Shown in pieces: positions 1 through 10,322 of a DNA stretch of 64,000 bases (within the stretch, counting starts at the first letter, position 1; each line of letters starts with the position of its first letter). This DNA comes from an uncultured virus (IMG/VR IMGVR_UViG_3300034101_003821). Its lineage: Duplodnaviria > Heunggongvirae > Uroviricota > Caudoviricetes. A program made the translations under genes and the position numbers. The stretch lies in the IMG/VR virus record IMGVR_UViG_3300034101_003821; one strand, written 5' to 3'. The notes beneath the pieces were generated by a model. The model had not been told where the DNA came from and searched no databases. It saw nothing but the letters and a program-made list of their open reading frames with translations.

Positions 1-623
1 CCCCAATTACTATGTCCCAATAAAATGTATAAATTACAATGTGAAGGGTCTGTGGTGTTATATGTTTCCCTAAAAAATGCGTATGTTGTGAATCCACTTA
101 AAATTGTTCCGTTATAAATTAATCCTGATGCTAATGTACCACCACCATCAGCACCTGAATTTCCACCGATTTGCCACCCAATAGGTTTTCCTGAATTACT
201 TCTAGTACCTATAATAGTTAAAGGGAGATAGGTTGGGTCTTGAGTTGTGGTATATTGTGTGTAACCTAATGAAATATAGTAAAAATCAGTGTCAATTATT
301 GTTGTTGCTGAATTTGTATAAGTAATTGCAGATGGATAAGCAGCAAGTGAATAAGCAGCACTTCCTGTATAAGAAAGTCCGGTTGATAACCAAGGTGTTG
401 TAATATTTCCTTGGTCAAACATATCACCACCTCCATCTAATATGTAAAATCCAGTACCATCCAATCTATATGTATAAAAACTTGGATTTCTAAAATCCGA
501 CATATAATTACGAAGATAAGTGGCAATTGTATTTAATTGCAAATAGGGTTGGGTAATTACACTTTGAAAATTAAGAAACCTATTATTAAAACTTGTAACA
601 TTATTTCCATATTTTACAATCAT
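1..623 (-). CDS. Hypothetical virion-associated protein, partial (runs off the left edge; not in ORF track)
   Basis: ATG at 623-621 overlaps the stop of the upstream ORF (TAATG coupling). Hand translation of the first ~80 codons gives MIVKYGNNVTSFNNRFLNFQSVITQPYLQL...DGGGDMFDQGN with no stop; the remainder was not fully translated. Confidence 0.65.
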   Translation of the reverse strand, partial: MIVKYGNNVTSFNNRFLNFQSVITQPYLQLNTIATYLRNYMSDFRNPSFYTYRLDGTGFYILDGGGDMFDQGNITTPWLSTGLSYTGSAAYSLAAYPSAITYTNSATTIIDTDFYYISLGYTQYTTTQDPTYLPLTIIGTRSNSGKPIGWQIGGNSGADGGGTLASGLIYNGTILSGFTTYAFFRETYNTTDPSHCNLYILLGHSNW

Positions 624-1753
624 TATCCTCTAATAAATCTAATAAAGAGATTATCAGCAACTGCTTCAAAAAAATAATTGTTATTGTAATGTTTTTGTCC
701 TTGAAATGTTCCCGTTATAATTGACCCAATGTAATTTCCATTTATATCCCAATTATTTGTGTCATCTAATAAATTGGCAATAGTTCCACCTGAAGTTATA
801 TATGCTGGTATAATATCGGCACTTGCTGAAATAGTACCACCTGAATTAACTTGAACCATTCTATCTGTTGAACCAGCCAATCCTGATGAAGAAATAGTAC
901 CATTCAAAGCGGATGTTCCCGTTACAATTAAATTCCCAGTAATACTTGTATTACCATTTACTGTCCAACCTGTGACACTATTAATACTTGCGGTTAGAGT
1001 TGAACCACTATTCCTTGATATTGTGAATGTATTATTAGAATATGTAAATCCAGTAACAAATGTATCAAAAGAAGAAATACCTGAAACATTGAATGTTCCC
1101 CCAGTATTATTTGTAAAAACAATACTTCCACCACTAAATGTACCGCCAGTTACAAAAACATCTCGTGGTAAATTTTGATATGTTGTTGCAGATATTGTTG
1201 AAGCCGAAATTCCTGCTGTTGAAACAATATTGAATGTTATTGAAGATAATGCACCAGATAATGATATTGATGATAAAGTTGCTGTTATGTTGGGTTGATT
1301 CTCATTTTGGGAAATGATTAACGATGTTCCACTAAATGTTGCACCAGTCACATATGTATCAGTCAATCCACTTAAACCACTTCCATCCCCAAAAAAAGTT
1401 CCTCCACTTATTGTATTTGCTGTTAGTCCATCCAAAAAAATAGTCGCACCTGACACAGTACCACCAGTAAATGTTCCACTACCACCACCTGAATTAAAAA
1501 TAGACCAATCAGATAATGTATTTGTCCAAGGTGGTAAGTTTAATTTATAATAGGTCGTACCTCCACCTATACCCACAACCATACCAGCTCTTCTTCTCAA
1601 AGTTGGTATGTTATTTAAATCACTTAATAAATCAACATTTCTTAATCCATCAATACCATATAAGGGGTCTATCACCGGATATGTATCCGTTGTATCACTC
1701 GGAGAAATAAAACCAAAAACCTCAACACCCCCTGATAAACTAAATGAACCCAT
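623..1753 (-). CDS. Gly/Ser/Thr-rich virion structural protein (tail fibre/appendage-like)
   Basis: 376 aa with repeated DTYVTGATFSG / DVFVTGGTFSG / DTFVTGFTYSN beta-repeat units and low charge; lies in a co-oriented cluster of structural-type genes. Confidence 0.55.
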   Translation of the reverse strand: MGSFSLSGGVEVFGFISPSDTTDTYPVIDPLYGIDGLRNVDLLSDLNNIPTLRRRAGMVVGIGGGTTYYKLNLPPWTNTLSDWSIFNSGGGSGTFTGGTVSGATIFLDGLTANTISGGTFFGDGSGLSGLTDTYVTGATFSGTSLIISQNENQPNITATLSSISLSGALSSITFNIVSTAGISASTISATTYQNLPRDVFVTGGTFSGGSIVFTNNTGGTFNVSGISSFDTFVTGFTYSNNTFTISRNSGSTLTASINSVTGWTVNGNTSITGNLIVTGTSALNGTISSSGLAGSTDRMVQVNSGGTISASADIIPAYITSGGTIANLLDDTNNWDINGNYIGSIITGTFQGQKHYNNNYFFEAVADNLFIRFIRG

Positions 1754-1766
1754 TATTATTTAATTT

Positions 1767-2732
1767 TTAAGGACATAACCACACACTCACACTTGCAACA
1801 AATGGGAAGAATGTCCTATATACATTGTATGTTATGCTAAACCCATTAGCGTCTACTATAATTATCGTACCTATGTTATTAAATGGTATTAAACTACCTA
1901 AACATCCCGCACTACTATCTCTAAACTCACTTGGTTGTGTTAAACCAGTTGGTATTAAAATATATCCATAATCACCACTTGAACCACTTGGCAGTACAAC
2001 AGCACTATTAACAGGATTACTTGTATAACCACTAGTTAATCCACTCGTTTCACCTGAAGTAATTGACGAACCACTGAACTTACCATAATATATTTTTGGT
2101 GATTCAGGTCCTAAAGGACTCACTGAAGGTGTTGGTGTCACAGTTGATGTTGGTGTAATCGTAGGTGTCACCGTTGGTGTTGTAGTAGGTGTAGTCGTTG
2201 GTGTCACCGTATTCGTTGGTGTATTAGTCGGTGTTATAGTAGGTGTAACTGTTGGTGTTGCCGTTGTTGGTGGTGTTTTAGTAGGTGTAGGTGTCGCAGT
2301 TGGTGTCTTACTTGGAGTTACACAAGGATTTCTACTTGGTGTAACTGTTGGTGTAACAGATATCGTTGGTGTCGGTGTAAGTGTTTGTGTCGTTGTTGGT
2401 GTCGGAGTTGGTACTTTACAAGGGTCATAACTCGGTGTTGGTGTGACAGTAGATGTCGGAGTTGGAGTTTGAGTCCTTGTAGGTGTAATAGTAGGTGTTG
2501 GGGTTGGTGTTGGCCTTGGTACATTCAAAATACTCAAACAATCACCACTCAATGATAAAATACTATAAGTCCCATAAATCTCTTGTGGAGGTGTCAATGT
2601 ATTTGATGAAAATGTGTAAGGTAGAGTTTGAACCCCCAAGTTAAACACATTAGTAGTCCCTTGTGGTGTAAACACAATACTTGTTTGTTCCCCACTATAA
2701 TTTATACTACTAATTGTTATTGATTGACTCAT
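1767..2732 (-). CDS. Pro/Thr-repeat (mucin-like) virion protein
   Basis: 321 aa with a central ~135 aa [12 protein letters not shown] low-complexity stalk between two small globular regions. Confidence 0.6.
   Translation of the reverse strand: MSQSITISSINYSGEQTSIVFTPQGTTNVFNLGVQTLPYTFSSNTLTPPQEIYGTYSILSLSGDCLSILNVPRPTPTPTPTITPTRTQTPTPTSTVTPTPSYDPCKVPTPTPTTTQTLTPTPTISVTPTVTPSRNPCVTPSKTPTATPTPTKTPPTTATPTVTPTITPTNTPTNTVTPTTTPTTTPTVTPTITPTSTVTPTPSVSPLGPESPKIYYGKFSGSSITSGETSGLTSGYTSNPVNSAVVLPSGSSGDYGYILIPTGLTQPSEFRDSSAGCLGSLIPFNNIGTIIIVDANGFSITYNVYRTFFPFVASVSVWLCP
2120..2520 (-). repeat. Degenerate coding tandem repeat encoding (TPTx)n
   Basis: Recurrent GTTGGTGT/GTAGGTGT units on the + strand. 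Confidence 0.8.
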
Positions 2733-2749
2733 ACTATAATTACATATTT

Positions 2750-4900
2750 TTAATTTATTGTGAATGTGAAATCATCAGGTTCACAAACTATTGTTGAACA
2801 ATCAGGACAATCAGGATTAAACATTTGAAACTGAGTTTTTAACAAATTGAAGTTATGTTTCACTTCTGGTGCTGATAATGGAGTAACATACATTCTCAAT
2901 TGAGATATTGCCCCCTCAAATGTACCAGCAAAGTTTTGTTCAATTAATATATTTGTATTTAACCCACTCAATGTTGTTCCACTTAAATCATTAATTGGAA
3001 AACATTCAGGGTCTTGTTGATAAGGACCATCAGGATTACTTAATGATGTAAATGTTAAGTTCTCCCTCAATCCTTGTGTACCACCACCCCAAGATATATT
3101 AAATGGAACACCAACTTGTTTTTCTTTATCAGTGTTCAAAGCTCTAGGTATAATCTCCTCAAAGTCCTCTATTGTATAAAATATCTTACCATTAACATAA
3201 ATCTTCAACCTACCTTTTCTATATTTACCCTCTTGTAACCACTTCTCATTCAAGTTAATCAACTCAACTTGTAAAGCAGTTTCATTTCTTGTGTATGGTG
3301 GAGCAATCAACGATACAGAATTATTTACCAATCCCTCCAAAAATAACTTTTTAGTTATGTCACCCAATCCACCTCTCCAATATAAATCACACTCATCCAA
3401 GAAATTATATCTTTCCCAAACAACATCAACCTGAAACCAATGTTCCAAATCCAACCAAGCAGGATTTACTTGTAAACAAGTTGGATATATCGGTGGTGTA
3501 CATATTTCTGTTATTGTATAACCAGTTGTATATGTAATACCAGTTGTACAAGTACCCGTAGTTTCACATCCACCTGTAAATCTTAAAAATCTAATCCCAA
3601 TACCAGGATTCTTAGGGTCACCACATAATTTTATGGCCAAAGCATTCGACATTGTATCCAACAATGGATTCTTCTCGCAAGTGTCCTCAATAGATGTAAA
3701 CCCTGATGTCGTACAATCATTACAAGACGAACAATCATTACAATTTGTACAAGTAGGTGTACAAGTTGTTTGTGGTGGGAAAGGATTACAAGATGGTGTT
3801 GGACTTGGTGTTGGTGTAGGTGTCGGAGTTACTGGTATAGTAACATCACAAGTATGTGTTTGACATTCCCATCCACAAGTTTGACAAGCCAACTCATTAC
3901 ATCCACAACCACAACTAATCTTTGTTTCAGGGTGACCACCACACTTATCACATCCGTAATTGACATGAGGGTCGTGTACACCATTTACTGAACGAGGGGG
4001 ATAAACATATATACATCTACTATTTGTAATGTTGTAATTACAACAAGCACAAGTTTGAAGTTTAGTTAAACCTGATGTTACTCTTGTATAACCTGAATCA
4101 CAAATAGGACTTCCATCTGCGTGGTGATAGAATTTGTTTTCGGCTCTTGTTCCTATGTAAAAGAATATATTTTTATTGTTTGGATATATTTCATTTAGGG
4201 TTGTTTCACCAGTTGTACCTGAAAACTCATTTGTTAATCTTGGTTTCAAAAGTAATTCAACAGCCCATCCCTTGTTCATTCGTTCAGGGAAAATATTGTA
4301 GTCGTAACCAAATAACTTATAAAAACCTTGATAAAACCCACCATATAATTCGTGGTATCTTCCGACATATGGACTTTCCTTACTTACAACTTCATACAAA
4401 ATATTTTTATCGAAACCTGAAAATCTCAAGTTGGTAGATGTAAATCCTGTAACTTGGTGTAACTTCAATCTTCTATCAAAATACAATCTGTTGAATTCTA
4501 AATTACTTGGCAATAGACCATCTGTGAAAACAATAGTTTGTGCTGACATACCAGTAACCAAACCATTGTCAATTCCTGTCAAACCAATGTCACAAGATGA
4601 ACCTGACAATTGACAACTTAAAACTTCATTTTTTGGGTTATAGTAGTTTTCAGAAATAAAAACATTATTGAAATTATAATTTTTGTACGTCAAAATTAAA
4701 TTTTGAGTGGATGCCGTACTATTAATATCAAAATAAAAAGGTAATCTGTTACCATATGTTTGAGCAATCAAATATGGTGAAAAAACAACCTCTTGGTTAA
4801 AATTTACTTCATCAGAAGTAAGAGACATATCTTGTGTCTCCAATGATAGCTTCAAAAACCAATTTGATGGGTTAAACTGATTTATGTTTTGATATGACAT
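2750..4900 (-). CDS. Large Cys-rich virion protein with probable LamG/concanavalin A-like fold
   Basis: 716 aa. The C-terminal part (KIYVNGK...[24 protein letters not shown]) resembles the end of a LamG-like domain. Internal Cys clusters and a PT linker. Confidence 0.5.
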   Translation of the reverse strand: MSYQNINQFNPSNWFLKLSLETQDMSLTSDEVNFNQEVVFSPYLIAQTYGNRLPFYFDINSTASTQNLILTYKNYNFNNVFISENYYNPKNEVLSCQLSGSSCDIGLTGIDNGLVTGMSAQTIVFTDGLLPSNLEFNRLYFDRRLKLHQVTGFTSTNLRFSGFDKNILYEVVSKESPYVGRYHELYGGFYQGFYKLFGYDYNIFPERMNKGWAVELLLKPRLTNEFSGTTGETTLNEIYPNNKNIFFYIGTRAENKFYHHADGSPICDSGYTRVTSGLTKLQTCACCNYNITNSRCIYVYPPRSVNGVHDPHVNYGCDKCGGHPETKISCGCGCNELACQTCGWECQTHTCDVTIPVTPTPTPTPSPTPSCNPFPPQTTCTPTCTNCNDCSSCNDCTTSGFTSIEDTCEKNPLLDTMSNALAIKLCGDPKNPGIGIRFLRFTGGCETTGTCTTGITYTTGYTITEICTPPIYPTCLQVNPAWLDLEHWFQVDVVWERYNFLDECDLYWRGGLGDITKKLFLEGLVNNSVSLIAPPYTRNETALQVELINLNEKWLQEGKYRKGRLKIYVNGKIFYTIEDFEEIIPRALNTDKEKQVGVPFNISWGGGTQGLRENLTFTSLSNPDGPYQQDPECFPINDLSGTTLSGLNTNILIEQNFAGTFEGAISQLRMYVTPLSAPEVKHNFNLLKTQFQMFNPDCPDCSTIVCEPDDFTFTIN

Positions 4901-4910
4901 TCTTTTTTAG

Positions 4911-4939
4911 AATAAATACTTTGATACGAAGTATTTATT
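4911..4939. promoter_or_regulatory. Back-to-back TATTTAT motifs forming a perfect 11-bp inverted repeat between divergent genes (putative divergent late promoters)
   Basis: AATAAATACTT (4911-4921) and AAGTATTTATT (4929-4939); each presents TATTTAT on the sense strand of one divergent gene. Confidence 0.6.
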
Positions 4940-4953
4940 AAGAAAAATTACTA

Positions 4954-5754
4954 ATGAACAAATTCAGAAAAGAATATTTCAATGACCATTATCACTTCAT
5001 TATCGAAGGTGATGGGGAAAACTTTTCGTTGACCTATACAACCTACAATTTATTAACTGAAGACAAAAAACCAACTAAGAAAAAATTTAAAAAAGAAAAC
5101 TTAAAAAATGTTGTCAGTAAAGTTGAAAAAATAACCAAATCAAGAAAAAAATATTCCAAAAAAGAAATAGATGAGTTGATTGACACTGATGGTACTTTTT
5201 TAAGTTCTAAGATTCCTTTTTTGAATCAGTATCTTACACCTAAAAAAACTATGGACCAAACAGTGGTTGCTGCAAGAATATCAAACGACCCAGTTACAAG
5301 AGGATATCGTGTTTATTATGGTGAAAGTGAAAATAAAGATGGTGAAGTTATTGACGAAGAAAATATGTCCGATGCTTTTGGATATGAAGAAACTAAAAAT
5401 AAGGATTTCAAAGAAACACTTAAAACTTTTAAGAAGATGGGTGTGGAAGACCCTGAAGAAAGAATTCAAAGAACAAAACAACTAGGTAAAATTCCAAATG
5501 TAAAAAAAAGAAAAGGAAAATTAAAACAAAGATTGACCGAAAAAGAAATTGAAGAAGAAAAGAAAAACAAAATGGTTAAAATGGTCGAAGATATTATAAC
5601 TAATAAGTTGGGGGGTAGTGATGGTGAAGTTATTGAGAAAGTTGATAGTTTATCTAAAATTTTAATTAAGAACTTAGAAAGTATCAAAAAATTAGCAAAA
5701 AAAGAAGGTATAAGTTTGAATAAACTAATTAATGTTTTGAAAAAAAGTGAATAA
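4954..5754 (+). CDS. Hypothetical Lys/Glu-rich protein
   Basis: 266 aa ORF preceded by a TATTTAT motif. Confidence 0.7.
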   Translation: MNKFRKEYFNDHYHFIIEGDGENFSLTYTTYNLLTEDKKPTKKKFKKENLKNVVSKVEKITKSRKKYSKKEIDELIDTDGTFLSSKIPFLNQYLTPKKTMDQTVVAARISNDPVTRGYRVYYGESENKDGEVIDEENMSDAFGYEETKNKDFKETLKTFKKMGVEDPEERIQRTKQLGKIPNVKKRKGKLKQRLTEKEIEEEKKNKMVKMVEDIITNKLGGSDGEVIEKVDSLSKILIKNLESIKKLAKKEGISLNKLINVLKKSE

Positions 5755-6217
5755 AGATTTATACGGCAAAAAAATAGAATTACCTGAAGACGTTATTGTT
5801 TATCTTAAACAATGTAATGATAATGCTATTGGTGCCGATGAAAGTACAGAAGGATTTAGAAGAAATAGAGAACTCAGAGATACCGGATTTGTAACATATC
5901 AACAACTCAAAAGAATGAAGAACTTCTTTGATAATTTTAACGGACATCAGAATGATTTACCTTTTATTTTAAATGGTGGTCACTATGTTAAAGGTTGGGT
6001 AAATAATATGTTGAAATCGATGAGAGATGATATTTCATTAGGAAAAGAAATAAAATCAGTTGTTTTACCAAATCAATACATACAACCACATCAAAAAAAT
6101 AATCTCACAACAACTAATAGACCAAGTAAAAGTCATTCAAATACCTTGGAAAAATATAATTTACAAGTAACTGAAGACCTTAAAAGGATAAATGATTTAA
6201 TAAAAAAATTAATTTAA
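5747..6217 (+). CDS. Hypothetical protein
   Basis: 156 aa ORF with a GTG start overlapping the previous gene's end. Confidence 0.7.
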   Translation: MNKDLYGKKIELPEDVIVYLKQCNDNAIGADESTEGFRRNRELRDTGFVTYQQLKRMKNFFDNFNGHQNDLPFILNGGHYVKGWVNNMLKSMRDDISLGKEIKSVVLPNQYIQPHQKNNLTTTNRPSKSHSNTLEKYNLQVTEDLKRINDLIKKLI

Positions 6218-6218
6218 T

Positions 6219-6512
6219 ATGGCTCAAGTAGAACCTTTAAGTTTTGCACAACCTGATAATGAGTTGTCAAGAATCGCTGAAGCTGAAAGAAAAAAACTTT
6301 TTCCCAAAAATGATTATGCAACGAATAATCAATATTCTTCAGTTAATCCAAATGCTTTATCTGATGGTGACGAAAAAGGTAGAGGTACTGGTAATTTCTT
6401 AGATGTTTATAATCAAAACATTGGAACTCGTACTGACATTGTTGAAAGAAAAAATGAAATCAAAGTGAACGAGTATCAAGTAAACAAACCTTATACAACT
6501 CCACCAGCGTAA
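6219..6512 (+). CDS. Hypothetical protein
   Basis: 97 aa ORF in a tightly packed operon. Confidence 0.7.
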   Translation: MAQVEPLSFAQPDNELSRIAEAERKKLFPKNDYATNNQYSSVNPNALSDGDEKGRGTGNFLDVYNQNIGTRTDIVERKNEIKVNEYQVNKPYTTPPA

Positions 6513-6895
6513 TGAAACTTTACAACATAACCAAAAATCTTATTTTAGAAGTAGCTTCTATCGAATCCGTAATTAACTCAATTAGAAATAAAAATAGAGT
6601 TATTATTTATTATGATGGAGAAGAACCAGGTGGACGTGGTTTAAGAGAAATCGAACCCGTATGTTTTGGTTATTCAAAAAAAGGTAATCCAGTTCTTAGA
6701 GCTTGGGATTTGGAGGGAGCTTCCCATAGAGGATTCAAAGGAGAAAAACCACTACCAAGTTGGCGACTTTTTAGATTGGATAGGATTATGTCATTAACAC
6801 CAACAGGAAATAATTTTGAAACTCCTAGACCCAACTATAATCCAAGTGGAGACAAATCTATGAATAGAGTTATAATAAATGCCAAATTTGATTAA
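6512..6895 (+). CDS. Stand-alone WYL-domain protein
   Basis: IYYDG...REIEPVCFG...LRAWD...WRLFRLDRI matches the WYL pattern (R-x-I-E-P ... R-x-F-R-x-D-R-I); no wHTH domain. Confidence 0.75.
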   Translation: MKLYNITKNLILEVASIESVINSIRNKNRVIIYYDGEEPGGRGLREIEPVCFGYSKKGNPVLRAWDLEGASHRGFKGEKPLPSWRLFRLDRIMSLTPTGNNFETPRPNYNPSGDKSMNRVIINAKFD

Positions 6896-6904
6896 AAATA
6901 TTAT

Positions 6905-7510
6905 ATGAACGAAAATGATTTAATGAACAAATTAGCTATATCTAAAAAGATTATGGAACGTCATAATCAGACCCCTAGAAATACAAATGGTGGGGGTAAT
7001 ATGAATTTTGATACTAATGTAAGAGAATTTGACGTACCACAAGCTAAATTCAACATACCTCAGGAATTTATGGGTGTTAATGAATCTAAACAACAAATAC
7101 CACAACACACAAATACAAAGGATAGAATTCTATCATCTAAATTACCTGATGAAATTAAAAGATTAATGATTGAACATCCAATCAATCAACCAAACAATAT
7201 GGGTGGTGGGGGTTCAGTTTTAAGTAATGAATTGGTTGAAAAAGCAGCAAGATTAATGAACAATGACATTGCTAATAATGTTAATCCATACCAACCAAAA
7301 AAAGTTGTACAAGAAACGAAATCACAGAATGTAACATCCAACTTGGATAAAAATGTTCTAAAAGATTTAATTAGAGAAACTATCGAAGAAGTGTTAGGTG
7401 AAAATGGTCTGTTAGTTGAAAGTACAAATAAAACAAATGATATGTTCCAATTTAAAGTTGGAAGTCACATTTTCGAAGGAAAAGTAACACGTATTAAAAA
7501 AGTTAAATAA
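6905..7510 (+). CDS. Hypothetical protein
   Basis: 201 aa ORF followed by a terminator-like hairpin. Confidence 0.7.
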   Translation: MNENDLMNKLAISKKIMERHNQTPRNTNGGGNMNFDTNVREFDVPQAKFNIPQEFMGVNESKQQIPQHTNTKDRILSSKLPDEIKRLMIEHPINQPNNMGGGGSVLSNELVEKAARLMNNDIANNVNPYQPKKVVQETKSQNVTSNLDKNVLKDLIRETIEEVLGENGLLVESTNKTNDMFQFKVGSHIFEGKVTRIKKVK

Positions 7511-7534
7511 TTTATTTTTTTCATAATTCTTATT

Positions 7535-7580
7535 CCCCACATCCCCTGAAGAAATTCAAGTTGTGGGGTTTCGTTTTTTT
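7535..7580 (+). terminator. Probable intrinsic terminator
   Basis: CCCCACA...TGAA-GAAA-TTCA...TGTGGGG stem followed by TTTCGTTTTTTT. Confidence 0.55.
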
Positions 7581-7642
7581 AGAGGGTAATACTTTCCTTT
7601 TGACATAACGTTTATATTTATATAATATAAAATATATTGATT

Positions 7643-8401
7643 ATGGACATTGAAACTGAAAAATTTATAATAGAGGAATATAAAAAAGGGTTGGGTTCTG
7701 TAATGATTTCACGTAAAGTGGGGTTATCTAAACCTACGATATTAGCTGTAATAAAAAAACACAAACTAACGAGGTATAAAGATAGATGTAAATGTTTAAA
7801 AATAAAAGAAGTTGGTGACAAATTTACATTATCATGGACGTGTAAGATGTGTAAAAACGAATTCCAAAAAACCTCGAAAAATAAATCCGTATTGTGTCGT
7901 AATTATTACAACTCAATAAAAAAAAGTAGTAATTGTAAATCTTGTAGTTTATTATTACAGAGAGGTAAAGGAAATCCTTTTTATGGGAAAAAACATAGTA
8001 AACAAACACTCGATTTAATTTCCAAAAAAATATCTGAAAATCCACCAAAACAAAGTTGTGTGTCTAAATTGGAAAAAAAATTGTTGAGTGAAATTAAAAA
8101 TAGGGGAATAGATGCTAAAGGAACTGTGTCTATTGATAGATTTATATGTGATATTTTTATTGAAAAATACAATTTAATTATTGAATTTTATGGTGATTAT
8201 TGGCATTGTAATCCCAAAAAATATAAATCTGATTATTTTCACCCGCACAAAAAAAAGACAGCAAAAGAAATATGGGACGAGGATAAACTAAGAATTGATT
8301 ATTTGAAAAAAATGGGTTATAATTTAGAAGTTATCTGGGAACGTGAATTCTCAGATGATAAAAAATTAAACAAAATTATTAAAAAATATGTCAAAAATTA
8401 G
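7643..8401 (+). CDS. Free-standing homing-type endonuclease: HTH + Cys pairs + NUMOD3 + Vsr/DUF559-like PD-(D/E)XK nuclease
   Basis: NUMOD3-like GKGNPFYGKKHS; CDIFIEKYNLIIEFYGDYWH...GYNLEVIWE nuclease motif; CKMC and CKSC pairs. ATG at 7643 preferred over TTG 7637. Confidence 0.75.
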   Translation: MDIETEKFIIEEYKKGLGSVMISRKVGLSKPTILAVIKKHKLTRYKDRCKCLKIKEVGDKFTLSWTCKMCKNEFQKTSKNKSVLCRNYYNSIKKSSNCKSCSLLLQRGKGNPFYGKKHSKQTLDLISKKISENPPKQSCVSKLEKKLLSEIKNRGIDAKGTVSIDRFICDIFIEKYNLIIEFYGDYWHCNPKKYKSDYFHPHKKKTAKEIWDEDKLRIDYLKKMGYNLEVIWEREFSDDKKLNKIIKKYVKN

Positions 8402-9602
8402 AGTTCTAGTAACCCCCTCAGACACGACCGGAGTTGGAAAATTCAGAAGTGTAGACCCCCATGTAATGTTACAAAATATGTATCCAGATGACTTCCACGT
8501 GGATATTGATTATCAACCTAGAATTAATGATGTAAATTATTGGAAACAATATCAAATTGTTCATATACATAGGAATATTGGTAATAGTTACGAACATACA
8601 CCAAGTATTATTAATTTTTTGAAATCAATAGGTATTGTTGTTATTGTAGATTTGGATGATTATTGGTTACCAGGAAAGGAGCACCCAATTCATACATTGA
8701 TTGTACAAGACAAAATCCATGAGAAAATTATGGCAAATTTAAAAGTTGCAAGTTATGTTACTACAACTACAAATATCTTTGCTGATGAAATCAAAAAATT
8801 AAATAGAAATGTTGTCATTTTCCCAAATGCAATCGACCCAACTGAAAGTCAATTTAAACAACCTACTGAGAAATCAGATAGAATAAGAATTGGTTGGTTA
8901 GGTGGTTCATCTCACTTACATGACTTGAAATTGTTAGAGGGATTTGTCTCAAAGAATATATCTTTGAAGGATAAGGTACAATATGTGTTGTGTGGTTTTG
9001 ATACAAGAGGTACAATTACTGAAATAAACCAACAAACAGGTGAAAAGAAACAAAGACCAATCAACCCTGACGAAACAGTTTGGGCGAGATATGAAGAAAT
9101 TTTCACGAATAAATATGGTACAATTGATGATAACTACAAACAATTTTTACTTCAGTTTAAAGAAGAAGAATACCCAAATATAAGTGATTTACCATATAGA
9201 CGAGTTTGGACTAAACCAATCAATACTTATGCAACTAACTATTCAAAGTTTGATATATCAATGGCACCAATCAAAAACCATATATTCAATAGAGTAAAAT
9301 CTCAACTGAAAGTTATTGAGGCTGGTTTTTATAAAAAAGCATTAATTGCATCTGAAGTAGGACCTTATACAATTGACCTCAAACACGCTTTAAGTTTTGG
9401 TAATTTTACTGATGGAAATGCTTTGTTAGTTAAGGAAGAAAGAAATCATAGTGATTGGGCAAAAAATATTAAATTTCTTGTAAATAATCCGAATTTAATC
9501 GTAGATTTGGGTGAGAGATTATATGAGTCAGTCAAAGACAAATATGATTTAAGAAATGTTACAAGAGATAGAGCTCAATGGTACAAATCACTAATTAAAT
9601 AA
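8388..9602 (+). CDS. GT-B fold (GT4-like) glycosyltransferase
   Basis: DLDDYW, RIGWLGGSSH, FDISMAPI...FNRVKSQLKVIEAG motifs. Confidence 0.75.
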   Translation: MSKIRVLVTPSDTTGVGKFRSVDPHVMLQNMYPDDFHVDIDYQPRINDVNYWKQYQIVHIHRNIGNSYEHTPSIINFLKSIGIVVIVDLDDYWLPGKEHPIHTLIVQDKIHEKIMANLKVASYVTTTTNIFADEIKKLNRNVVIFPNAIDPTESQFKQPTEKSDRIRIGWLGGSSHLHDLKLLEGFVSKNISLKDKVQYVLCGFDTRGTITEINQQTGEKKQRPINPDETVWARYEEIFTNKYGTIDDNYKQFLLQFKEEEYPNISDLPYRRVWTKPINTYATNYSKFDISMAPIKNHIFNRVKSQLKVIEAGFYKKALIASEVGPYTIDLKHALSFGNFTDGNALLVKEERNHSDWAKNIKFLVNNPNLIVDLGERLYESVKDKYDLRNVTRDRAQWYKSLIK

Positions 9603-9608
9603 AAATAT

Positions 9609-10322
9609 ATGTTAATCAAACAACCAATTACTAAGATTTTATTTATGGACATTGAAACAGTTGGGGGTTGTCCCAACTATGATGTGTGTTCTAATTTAAA
9701 CCCATCTGTGGCTGACCAATTTGACAAATATTTTGATTGGTTCTTGAAAAGGTTTCCTGAAGATAACGAAATTAAAGAAGACCAAAAAAATATTGTATTT
9801 TCAAGTAGAGCTGGTTTAGTTCCTGAATTTGCAAAAATTATTTGTGTTAGTTTTGCATTTGTTTTAGATGATGGGTCTGTTAGAAAACAAACATTTTCAA
9901 ATGATAATGAACATCAATTGTTGAAAGATGTTCAAGGTTTATTAAACAAATGTGCAAAGTTAGATTTTTGGTTGTGTGGACATAATTTGAAAAACTTTGA
10001 TATCCCAATGTTGGCAAAACGTATGATTATTAATGGATTGATGCCTCCGGCACTTCTTCCATCATATGATACAAAACCTTGGGAAATCAAAGCAATTGAT
10101 ACCAAAGAAATTTGGCAATATGGGGCATATTCTTCAATTGGGTCACTCGATTTATTATGTTCTACTATGGATATACCAACTCCAAAGGATGGTGAGGTAA
10201 AAGGTGATAAAGTTCACTCAGAATATTGGGAAAAACAAAACATCAAGGGTATTAGTGAATATTGTGAAAAAGATGTTGATGTCTTAATTCAAATAATTAA
10301 AAAGTTAAAAGAACTCAGATAA
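9609..10322 (+). CDS. DnaQ-like / PolB-type 3'-5' exonuclease
   Basis: ExoI DIET, ExoII GHNLKNFDIP, ExoIII YCEKDV (DEDDy). Confidence 0.85.
   Translation: MLIKQPITKILFMDIETVGGCPNYDVCSNLNPSVADQFDKYFDWFLKRFPEDNEIKEDQKNIVFSSRAGLVPEFAKIICVSFAFVLDDGSVRKQTFSNDNEHQLLKDVQGLLNKCAKLDFWLCGHNLKNFDIPMLAKRMIINGLMPPALLPSYDTKPWEIKAIDTKEIWQYGAYSSIGSLDLLCSTMDIPTPKDGEVKGDKVHSEYWEKQNIKGISEYCEKDVDVLIQIIKKLKELR

Noticed and set aside
7600..7626. Sigma70-like promoter TTGACA...TATAAT upstream of the first endonuclease
   Set aside because: The spacer is only 15 nt, the region is very AT-rich, and it overlaps the better-supported TATTTATA motif.
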